A DNA stretch of 64,000 nucleotides. Origin: a virus. The stretch covers positions 2,667 to 66,666 of IMG/VR virus record IMGVR_UViG_3300031720_000002, one strand, 5' to 3'. The translations under genes and the position numbers were made by a program. Position 1 is the stretch's first letter. Every line of letters starts with the position of its first letter. Below are positions 52,731 to 60,560 of this stretch, in pieces. Below the pieces are notes generated by a model that saw only the letters and a list, made by a program, of their open reading frames with translations, did not search any database and was not told the DNA's origin.

Positions 52731-54230
52731 TTACAGGTTCATGTTAGGCCACATCGGGATTTGAATCAACTTACGACCCATCCAGCGAATCCCCGCGGAG
52801 GGTTTCGTCTGCCATCCACGCTCCCGCAACTGCCGTCCGAACTCCGGCATGTCCATGACATCCTTCTTCGCCTGGGCATCGCCGTGGTTCTTAACGTAGT
52901 TCACATACTGCGTGTGGAGGTCCGATGCCTTGACGAAGTGACTCGCGGGCGTGGTCGAGATCGGTGCGTCCTCGAGGTACCCGTCCTCATACATGAACTG
53001 CAAGAACTCCTCGAGGTTCGTCAACGACCCAGTGGCGTTCATCGTTGCGAGGATGTACTTCTGCGGGATGTGATCCACGTTTGCCATCATCGTGTCCTGC
53101 GCACCCTCGACGAGTCGCGCCAGGATCGCTCGCAGACACTCCTCATCGTTCAAGAATCGCTGCTTGATGCGCGGGTCTTCTTGTCCCGGTGCAAGCGACC
53201 GATCAAAGGTCACCACCACGATGCGTCGCCGGATCGCGGGATCCGCGCCATTGATCTTTGGCATCTCGTTCGTAATGAGCATCGGCGTGAACCTCGGTTG
53301 CGCGTTCACCACTCCCGCGTAGTGATCACGGTATGGCAGTGGGTCACCACCCGTGAGCCGCTTGATCTGGTCCGCGTGAAGATGCCAGCCCTTGCTTGCC
53401 TCACTCGCCCAGGCCAGTCGCGTGTACATCGCCTTGACGAGGTCGGGCCGTGGCTTGTCATCCATGTTGCCGCGGAAGACCGACGAGCCAATGGCGCAGG
53501 CGTACGACCCCAGGATCTTATGCACCGCGGCCATGAGTTGGGACTTACCTGACGTTGTGCCGCCCAGGATAATGGGAAACGTCCGCGTGTGATTGCCCGC
53601 CATGAGACATCGCCCCAAGAGAGCGAAGACGAACCGCTGATCCAGCTCATCCGGGAGGAACGTCTTGAGGAAGAGGTCCAGCTCCTTACTCTTCGCCTTG
53701 GGATCATACGCCACGGTGCACATCCGTGTGTTGCGATCCGCGGGTGTCGCCTTCCTGATCTCACCTCCCAGGAGATCCACCACACCATTCTCCACCACGA
53801 GATCCGTGCCAACGGCATCCAATTCTTCCTCGCGTACGTGGATCGAGGGGTGTTCCTTCGCGGCCTCCAAGATCTTCTTTCTCGCCGCGACGGACTCCAT
53901 GCCTTGGATGAAGCGAAGCTGCCGACCACGCGGGGTGTCCGGGTCGTTCGCCTCCCCATCCATCTCGAGTGCCTCTTCACGCATGTCATCCAGGACGCGC
54001 ATCGTCAACGCGTACGCCTTGAGGTTCTCACTAGTGTCCGGCTCCAGGATCTTCCCGTTCCACAAGAGCCACTGTTGTCGCTCCACGTCGTACCGCAGCA
54101 GCGGTCCATACGTCTGCACGTAGCGACGTCCCACACCAGTGTCGGTGTTGCGTAGCTCTACGACGTCCGTCCCAGCGATGAGTTGATCCACCGTGGGAAG
54201 GACGGCTGTGCTCGCTTCGTTATCGGTCAC
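52731..54230 (-). CDS. D5/P4-type SF3 helicase
   Basis: NTDTGVGRRY D5_N, ENGVVDL, GGTTSGKS Walker A, IKRLTGGD, ITNEMP, AIRRRI. Confidence 0.92.
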   Translation of the reverse strand: MTDNEASTAVLPTVDQLIAGTDVVELRNTDTGVGRRYVQTYGPLLRYDVERQQWLLWNGKILEPDTSENLKAYALTMRVLDDMREEALEMDGEANDPDTPRGRQLRFIQGMESVAARKKILEAAKEHPSIHVREEELDAVGTDLVVENGVVDLLGGEIRKATPADRNTRMCTVAYDPKAKSKELDLFLKTFLPDELDQRFVFALLGRCLMAGNHTRTFPIILGGTTSGKSQLMAAVHKILGSYACAIGSSVFRGNMDDKPRPDLVKAMYTRLAWASEASKGWHLHADQIKRLTGGDPLPYRDHYAGVVNAQPRFTPMLITNEMPKINGADPAIRRRIVVVTFDRSLAPGQEDPRIKQRFLNDEECLRAILARLVEGAQDTMMANVDHIPQKYILATMNATGSLTNLEEFLQFMYEDGYLEDAPISTTPASHFVKASDLHTQYVNYVKNHGDAQAKKDVMDMPEFGRQLRERGWQTKPSAGIRWMGRKLIQIPMWPNMNL

Positions 54231-55266
54231 GTGGTTCTCGCTTTGCAATGGTCACACGACCGACCTTCCTGTATGGTTTCGCCTCATCCACCACAACGAA
54301 CGCCGACGACTGACCTGCGTTGCTGCCGATCGTCTTGGCCCACCGCAACTGGGCGGAAGTGACGTCTGGACGGATGTGGCGATCGCGAATCATCTTGTAC
54401 TCGACGTATTGCCAGTGAAAGTAGTCGCCGGGCGGCTGCTCACAACGCTCCCAGTGCGCACGAAGTGTCTGCTCCACCACTGAATCCGACATACCACTCT
54501 TCCGGCACTCGAACGACAGACGCGCGAAGAACGGCTCACGTGCGCCAGCCTTGGCCCCATCCTTGAGGGCGACGCGGTACTCTTCGTCGCTCAAGAGCCC
54601 GCCCCCACCTTTTCCCGCGCGGTGACCCAGCTTCGTGCGTCGCTCCTGCAGCCACCCGAGCAGCTCCGGCGTGGCGAGTGCCACAGACGCGTTCCAGTCC
54701 AGCCACTGTCGCTCCGCGTCTGTGCCGTCTGCGACGACGATGTAGCCGTACTCGCTCTTCACATCGACCTGCGGAAGTACTCGAGGCGCGGTGCGAACGA
54801 CCTCCTCGGGATGCAGGCGATACAGGAGGTGTAAGCCACCACTGGGCGTTCGCTGCCGAAGTGTTGGCGACAACTCGAAGTTCGTCCATCCCGCCCAGTC
54901 GTCCAGGACATCCAGACCGGTCACGCCGTCTTCTGCGTTCGGATCTGCATGGCCCTCTGCGTCGACGACCAGCAAGCGACTCAGACCGCCGGTGCGTACT
55001 GCCAGGTGACCGTGCGGCCGGTGACGTAGCATCTCTCGAACGTACCGTGGCTCGAGCGTCGCAGCGTAAAAGCCGTGGCACATGAGGCAGCCACATGACT
55101 CCTCGTCGTGCAGGACGTACGTGCTCGACTGCCGATCGCAGCGCGGACAGTTCTTGACGGGTGTCTTGCCCTCGCCCAGGACGAACACGGGCCATCCTCG
55201 CCCAATGTAAGCAAGTGCGAATGACAATTTGGTTTCCAGCGCGTCAGATTGTGGTACAGTAGACAT
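54220..55266 (-). CDS. Bifunctional DNA primase/polymerase
   Basis: GWPVFVL, CHGFYAAT, LVVDAE, TPSGGLHL, DVKSEYGYIV. Confidence 0.9.
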   Translation of the reverse strand: MSTVPQSDALETKLSFALAYIGRGWPVFVLGEGKTPVKNCPRCDRQSSTYVLHDEESCGCLMCHGFYAATLEPRYVREMLRHRPHGHLAVRTGGLSRLLVVDAEGHADPNAEDGVTGLDVLDDWAGWTNFELSPTLRQRTPSGGLHLLYRLHPEEVVRTAPRVLPQVDVKSEYGYIVVADGTDAERQWLDWNASVALATPELLGWLQERRTKLGHRAGKGGGGLLSDEEYRVALKDGAKAGAREPFFARLSFECRKSGMSDSVVEQTLRAHWERCEQPPGDYFHWQYVEYKMIRDRHIRPDVTSAQLRWAKTIGSNAGQSSAFVVVDEAKPYRKVGRVTIAKREPRDR

Positions 55267-55300
55267 CGAACAACTCCTCGTGCGGCTCACGCGGACAATG

Positions 55301-55330
55301 AAGCCCAGGTCTCGCCAAGGACCTGGGCTT
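55301..55330. terminator. Hairpin terminator after the RHH gene
   Basis: AAGCCCAGGTC / GACCTGGGCTT. Confidence 0.65.
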
Positions 55331-55515
55331 TATCGCGTGTATGGGGACTGGTCTGCTGCGCGTGCTGCGATGGCATTGTTGATGATGCGTGTCATTGAGA
55401 GGCCGGTGCGCTTCGCCTCTGCCTCGATCCAGATGCGCAACTCGCGATCGAGGCGAAGCAGGAAGTTCTGATAGGGCCGATCTGTCTCGGCCACAGGCAT
55501 GGGGGTGGGGGCCAT
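55330..55515 (-). CDS. Arc/ribbon-helix-helix DNA-binding protein
   Basis: NFLLRLDRELRIWIEAEAKRTGLSMTRII. Confidence 0.75.
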   Translation of the reverse strand: MAPTPMPVAETDRPYQNFLLRLDRELRIWIEAEAKRTGLSMTRIINNAIAARAADQSPYTR

Positions 55516-55662
55516 GCGATCATTGTATACCACCACCGTAATTCACTTCCGGCACTGTGCAAGCGTGATCAACAACCAACCGCCACGCTGTTTGGCGACC
55601 GTCGCACATCCCGCCTGTTACTATCGACCTAGCACAGCCACTCTAACGATAGAGGACGGAAG

Positions 55663-56163
55663 ATGAAGGAGATCAAGGCAGGTCCTAACAACCACGCCGC
55701 GCTGATGACCCTGGACGATGGTCTGTTCGACATCGACGACTGGGCGATCGAGGACCGCACGGGCATGCGGCGACTGCGCGGGCGACTCGTTGGACTCGGT
55801 ACGTCACAGCGAGTCGAGCACAGCCACGGCGATATCTACTCGAACGGAACGCAGGACAGCGCGCTCACTCGTCGCTGCACTGCGTGCCGGTGGTCGGAGA
55901 TCTACATCTTCGAAACCACTGGCGAGCCAGACATGCGTAAGTTTTGCGTGTACACGCTCGGTCCATCGACGATTCTTGGCGAAGTCACGCGGTCGAACAT
56001 CCGCTGGGCATCGAGCGGTTTCGAGGTCATCGAGCTCGCTACCGTGCGACGTGGTGAGCGTGGCGCCGCGTTCCTTCCCGCCGCGCATGCCCGAGCACTC
56101 GCGATGGCAGCGGAGGTCGACGAATCCATCGCCGAGGCGTACGTGAACCGCGCGGTTGCGTAA
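55663..56163 (+). CDS. Hypothetical protein
   Basis: AGAGGA RBS; CCTGT-TACTAT -10 at 55614-55624; HSH...CTACRW. Confidence 0.65.
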   Translation: MKEIKAGPNNHAALMTLDDGLFDIDDWAIEDRTGMRRLRGRLVGLGTSQRVEHSHGDIYSNGTQDSALTRRCTACRWSEIYIFETTGEPDMRKFCVYTLGPSTILGEVTRSNIRWASSGFEVIELATVRRGERGAAFLPAAHARALAMAAEVDESIAEAYVNRAVA

Positions 56164-56438
56164 TGGCATCAAAGCGCTCACGACAGCAGCGTGAACGTGA
56201 AGCTGCGCAGCTTGCGCACGAACAGTGGAAGAGAGGCACCGAGGCCTACAACGACCTCGGTGTCCTCACCACGAAAGAGATCTACGCTCTCGATCAACAG
56301 TCCATCCTCAACGTACGTCGCTACCTCGCCAATATCTACGGCCACCTCGGCCAGCGTGTTGCGTGGAACGAGTACTGCCGCCTGACGTATCGCGCAGATC
56401 GCCGTCGTCGGACGTTTGCACCACTGCCTACATCCTGA
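56163..56438 (+). CDS. Hypothetical protein
   Basis: TAATG overlap with the upstream gene. Confidence 0.5.
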   Translation: MASKRSRQQREREAAQLAHEQWKRGTEAYNDLGVLTTKEIYALDQQSILNVRRYLANIYGHLGQRVAWNEYCRLTYRADRRRRTFAPLPTS

Positions 56439-56444
56439 TATGGT
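56416..56444 (+). promoter_or_regulatory. Repeated early promoter (plus-strand copy)
   Basis: TTGCAC-N17 (ending CCTGA)-TATGGT-CATCTC. Confidence 0.8.
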
Positions 56445-56486
56445 CATCTCAAGCACAGCATGACCCCCAAGACAAAGGACGAACAG

Positions 56487-57125
56487 ATGAGCGACAGCGT
56501 GACCATCAACGACGAGACGTTCGAGATCGTCGGCCGCGAGAAAGCCGTCACCGACGAGACGATGACACCCATCGCATCGATGCAGGGCAAGGAGTTGCGG
56601 TCGGTCGACCGTATCCTTCTCGCCGACGAGCGAGAACTCTTCCAGTGCGTGCACGCGGCCAACCCGAACTGTGGCTACACCGCGAACACGATTCGCAGCG
56701 TCACCGCGCACCAGCGCACGCACAGTGGGGCAGCCGTCGCCAAGCAAAAGCAGGCCGAAGTCGACGCGGCGAACGAGCGTGCCGCAGCTGCGGAGCAGGC
56801 ACTCAACGAGCGGAAGCAGGCAGCGAGCGACCGTGCCAAGAAGGCGGCCGCGACGCGTGAGAGCCGCAAGTACGATAAGAACGATGAGGTCGCGGCTCCG
56901 ACGACGACGACGACCAACGTCAACGCCGCGAGCAAGGAAGTCACGCTCCTCATTCAGCGAGTGCAGCTCACCGCGAACGCGGTGGACGACGCCACCGAGG
57001 CACATCGCAAGGCGGTCCTCAACCTCGTCAAGTTCATCAACGACCACCCCGCGGTGGACCCGCAGATCATCGCCAAGGCCAAGCAGTACGACGTGCTCAA
57101 GGCCGCGCTCAACGGCGCCGTCTGA
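56487..57125 (+). CDS. C2H2-like Zn finger plus coiled-coil protein
   Basis: FQC...NCGY...HQRTH; AAGGA RBS. Confidence 0.7.
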   Translation: MSDSVTINDETFEIVGREKAVTDETMTPIASMQGKELRSVDRILLADERELFQCVHAANPNCGYTANTIRSVTAHQRTHSGAAVAKQKQAEVDAANERAAAAEQALNERKQAASDRAKKAAATRESRKYDKNDEVAAPTTTTTNVNAASKEVTLLIQRVQLTANAVDDATEAHRKAVLNLVKFINDHPAVDPQIIAKAKQYDVLKAALNGAV

Positions 57126-57210
57126 GCTACAGTTACCACAGCGTAATTCGCACAGAGGCCGGCGGCGATTCAACTCGCCGCCGGTCGTGGGGCAGAACGG
57201 AGGTGAGCCT

Positions 57211-57240
57211 ATGCGTACGCGTGAGTGGATCTGGTTGTGA
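57211..57240 (+). CDS. Putative 9-aa micropeptide MRTREWIWL
   Basis: GGAGGTGA Shine-Dalgarno at 57199-57206, ATG...TGA. Confidence 0.35.
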   Translation: MRTREWIWL

Positions 57241-57278
57241 TTTAGCTTACTTAGGCCGGCGATCCCATTCCCACAACT

Positions 57279-57349
57279 GAGACGAAGTCCTCCTGGTGGA
57301 GGAAGGGCAACTCGAGCCCGGGTGGTAGGTTCAATTCCTGCTCGTCTCG
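57279..57349 (+). ncRNA. tRNA-like RNA 3 (6-bp D stem, non-canonical anticodon loop)
   Basis: GAGACGA/TCGTCTC acceptor, TCCTCC-TGGT-GGAGGA, GGGC-AACTCGA-GCCC, GTAGG-TTCAATT-CCTGC. Confidence 0.7.
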
Positions 57350-57369
57350 CTCCCCCAAGCTAAGGATAG

Positions 57370-57771
57370 ATGATGAATGACCTCGAGATTGCTGCCTTCA
57401 TCGTATCACCCAGTGTGATCATCCTGTTCGGGCTGATCCTCATCCTCATCTCGTTCATCACAGCGCCGGATCCATACGAGCCGCCACAGCCCAAGCACGC
57501 CACACCTGAGGAAGCGACGACTCACTACGAGGTCGTTGAAGGTGTCATCGACGAGCTTGAGAGCTACTCACAAGTGGGTCGGCGTGGTCTCTATTCGGCA
57601 GTGCGCGCGATGCGTGTAGCGGAGGACTGGCAGCCTTACGTTGGCGATCGGCTCGTCACCATCCTAACGCAGTCAACAACTGAGTGGCTCTTCGTGCGCA
57701 AGCCAGCGCAACAGCTCACGGACCCATACGAGCGCGCTCAGTGGGCAACGCAACTCGCCACTTGCGGCTAG
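57370..57771 (+). CDS. Membrane-anchored protein
   Basis: N-terminal TM; AAGGA RBS. Confidence 0.6.
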   Translation: MMNDLEIAAFIVSPSVIILFGLILILISFITAPDPYEPPQPKHATPEEATTHYEVVEGVIDELESYSQVGRRGLYSAVRAMRVAEDWQPYVGDRLVTILTQSTTEWLFVRKPAQQLTDPYERAQWATQLATCG

Positions 57772-57780
57772 GATCAATCC

Positions 57781-58683
57781 ATGACCATCTTCGTCCTTGA
57801 GGGACCTGATGGCGCAGGGAAGTCGTACCTTGCGCAGCAGATTCAGCAAGAGCTGCCCGACACCCTCATCCTTCGGCAGGGACCACCCACGCCGGGCGAG
57901 GATCTGCTCGAGAAGTACCTCCGACCCATCGAGAACATCTTCGTCAATGGGACGCGACAAACATCTCACGTCGTGATGGACCGTTGGCACGTGGGTGAGC
58001 TGGTGTATGGTCCACTGCTGCGCGGCAAGTCGATGCTGACACGCGCACAGATGAACTACATCGACATGGTCCTCGGCACGTTCGATGCGCGATTCTACTT
58101 CATGTCTGCGTCGCTGGACACACTCCTCAAGCGGTACGACAAGCGCGGTGATGAGCTCATCAGTCGTGACCAGATCGAGCACATCAAGGACGAATACACA
58201 GATCTTCTCGTGCCGCTTTACCACTGGGAAGTCGTGTCGTTCATGCGTCTTCCATTCGTGATGCCACCCGTGCGTCACGTACAGGCGCCCAACGCGGGTC
58301 GCTACATCGGTCCACCCGGACCTAAGGTCCTCCTACTGGGCGACGTTCGCGGCAACGAGAAGTTCACGTTCCCGTTCGTGCCATACCAGGCGACATCTGG
58401 TCACTGGCTCATGACCGCGATGGCGGACGCGCACGTGGATCACATGCTCGTCGGCGTCATGAACGCCTGTGAGATGACACCCGACGAACTCAGCACCCAG
58501 TGGGACGCGCTTGGGCAGCCACCCGTCATCACGCTCGGTCGCAACGCACAACGAGCATGGAAGACCGTGGGTGACTGGAACCCAAACAAGGATCACTACC
58601 TCCATCACCCCCAATATGCGAGGAGGTTCAATCACAGGAGCACGTTCGAGTACGGACAGACGATCAAGGATGTGATGAAGTAA
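57781..58683 (+). CDS. dNMP kinase fused to a UDG-superfamily domain
   Basis: EGPDGAGKS P-loop, DRWHVGELVYG; C-terminal KVLLLGD...PFVP...SGHWL...VITLGRNA...HHPQY. Confidence 0.8.
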   Translation: MTIFVLEGPDGAGKSYLAQQIQQELPDTLILRQGPPTPGEDLLEKYLRPIENIFVNGTRQTSHVVMDRWHVGELVYGPLLRGKSMLTRAQMNYIDMVLGTFDARFYFMSASLDTLLKRYDKRGDELISRDQIEHIKDEYTDLLVPLYHWEVVSFMRLPFVMPPVRHVQAPNAGRYIGPPGPKVLLLGDVRGNEKFTFPFVPYQATSGHWLMTAMADAHVDHMLVGVMNACEMTPDELSTQWDALGQPPVITLGRNAQRAWKTVGDWNPNKDHYLHHPQYARRFNHRSTFEYGQTIKDVMK

Positions 58684-59216
58684 TGGGTGACGGCTATTAC
58701 GACGATATGGGATCGGGCTTTTATGACGATCTCGACTATTATGCCACGTACGACGATTCCGTGTACGACGATTCCGCGTACATTGAGTACCCGCAGTACA
58801 GCGTCCCTCGTGGTGGCATTCAGTTCCCGACGCAGGACACCCTCGAAGCAAGTGCGGACACAGGAGAGAAGATGAAGACGAACACCCAGCTCGCCACCGA
58901 GGCAGAGCAGCTGCGCGCCGAGGCCGAGCGCCTCGAGCAGATCCTCGCGGCGCGTGAGAAGTACGGCGATGACCCGTTCAAGAACGGCGCCGTGCTGAAG
59001 GTCGACATGAAGTACCGCGGGACCGCGCGGTCGTACGCGTACGCCGCCATCAAGACGGCCGGCAAGTTCTGGCTCAGTGGGAAGCTTTCCCGGACGGGAG
59101 CGTCCACCACCGAGGACGCGCAGCCCACCGGCATGACGTGGGAGCAGTTCGTCGGCTGGCTCAGCCAGGGGGACGCAACTGTGTGGCAGGCGGTCGGTCT
59201 ACGTCAGGTATTGTAA
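58683..59216 (+). CDS. Hypothetical protein with Asp/Tyr-rich N-terminus (alternative start 58872)
   Basis: TAATG coupling at 58683; second RBS AGGAG before ATG 58872. Confidence 0.6.
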   Translation: MGDGYYDDMGSGFYDDLDYYATYDDSVYDDSAYIEYPQYSVPRGGIQFPTQDTLEASADTGEKMKTNTQLATEAEQLRAEAERLEQILAAREKYGDDPFKNGAVLKVDMKYRGTARSYAYAAIKTAGKFWLSGKLSRTGASTTEDAQPTGMTWEQFVGWLSQGDATVWQAVGLRQVL

Positions 59217-59220
59217 TCGT

Positions 59221-60108
59221 ATGACTGAAATCGTACTGCTCGACATGAGCGAGTACCCCGTGGTGCTCCGTCGTCTCCTCCAGTTCGGGGAGCGGCGGAG
59301 CCCTCGTGGTTTGGCGACGCTGGATCTCAACTTCACCTCGATCAATCTCGTGCAGCCTCAGAAGGCCCTACCCCTGGGCATCGGGCGCAAGCTCAACCCG
59401 GCCATCGCGGCAGTCGAGGCCATCCAGCTAATCGCCGGCGTTAGTGACCCTGAGCTCGTCCTCAGACTTGCTCCGCAGTTCGAGCGGTATACCGACTGGA
59501 ACGAGGACGGCACAACCGAGCGGACGTTCTGGGGCGCGTATGGCGACCGCATCAAGATGCAGGTCCACTGCGCGGTCCAGAAGCTGACGGCCGATCCATC
59601 GACACGTCAGGCCATCGTCACCTTGTGGGACCCGTGGATGGACAACGTCCAAGGCAAGCACGACTACCCCTGCACCATCGCACTGCAGTTCTGGCTGGAC
59701 ACTGATGGCCTCCTCAGCATGAACACCATCATGCGGTCGAACGACGCGTGGCTCGGTCTCCCGTACGACGTGTTCCAGTTCACCCAGTTGCAGGCGAGTG
59801 TAGCACACGCGCTTCACACACAGCCTGGCGTGTATCGTCACACCACACTGTCGCTTCACCTCTATGAGACGAACTTTGACGAGGCGCGCGCACTCGTCAA
59901 GGATTACGTACCGCAGGCCAATCGTGAGGTGTTCCGGAACCTCTGGCTTCCCACTGAGTCGATCGGCCACCCTGGCCAGTCATTCAACGACATCATGCGA
60001 CGCGCGCAAGCGATCATGCGCAACGAGGAACTGTACGGCGAGACCCCGAGTGAAAGCTGGTACCGTGACCTCCTCCACCCCAAGGCCTCCACGTCTAACG
60101 TGGGATGA
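59221..60108 (+). CDS. Thymidylate-synthase homolog, dCMP-type (hydroxymethylase-like)
   Basis: GAYGDR, TRQA, YPCT (Cys151), MRSND, GLPYD (Asp183), SLHLYE. Confidence 0.85.
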   Translation: MTEIVLLDMSEYPVVLRRLLQFGERRSPRGLATLDLNFTSINLVQPQKALPLGIGRKLNPAIAAVEAIQLIAGVSDPELVLRLAPQFERYTDWNEDGTTERTFWGAYGDRIKMQVHCAVQKLTADPSTRQAIVTLWDPWMDNVQGKHDYPCTIALQFWLDTDGLLSMNTIMRSNDAWLGLPYDVFQFTQLQASVAHALHTQPGVYRHTTLSLHLYETNFDEARALVKDYVPQANREVFRNLWLPTESIGHPGQSFNDIMRRAQAIMRNEELYGETPSESWYRDLLHPKASTSNVG

Positions 60109-60559
60109 AGTCCGCGCGCTACAGGCGCGGCAGATCGCAAGTCGTTCACTCTGTGAACGTGACCAAGTCGGCGCCATCATCGTCAACCGCCAGCAGCGGA
60201 TCGTCGCCGAGGGATACAACGGACCACCCGCCGGCTTCGTACACGGCAACGCAGGTTGCTCGTCGTGGTGCTCACGCGCCATGTTTGCAGCGTCGACCGG
60301 TATCTTGCAGTCGGACTACCAAGACTGTCCCGCACTCCACGCTGAGGCTAACGCGCTAATGGTGTGTGACCGCAAGGACCGTGAGGGCGGTACGATCTAC
60401 GTCACGAGCGGCGTGTGTTGGGGCTGCGCCAAGTTGATCGCGAACTCTGGCCTCTCAACGGTCGTCGTCGACGCGACGACGTACGAGAAGAATCATCGCA
60501 ACACAGAGAAGTCGTACAGCTTCCTCGAGCAGTGTGGGATCACCGTTGTCACCGGATGA
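60065..60559 (+). CDS. dCMP deaminase
   Basis: RSLC...VGAII, GYNG, HAEANA, CWGC. Confidence 0.92.
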   Translation: MTSSTPRPPRLTWDEVRALQARQIASRSLCERDQVGAIIVNRQQRIVAEGYNGPPAGFVHGNAGCSSWCSRAMFAASTGILQSDYQDCPALHAEANALMVCDRKDREGGTIYVTSGVCWGCAKLIANSGLSTVVVDATTYEKNHRNTEKSYSFLEQCGITVVTG

Positions 60560-60560
60560 A

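Noticed and set aside
57279-57349. Selenocysteine tRNA
   Set aside because: No TCA anticodon and no long variable arm
57152-57349. tmRNA (short ORF plus tRNA-like domain)
   Set aside because: The ORF has its own SD and ATG, no Ala-rich tag end, and there is no G3-U70 alanine acceptor
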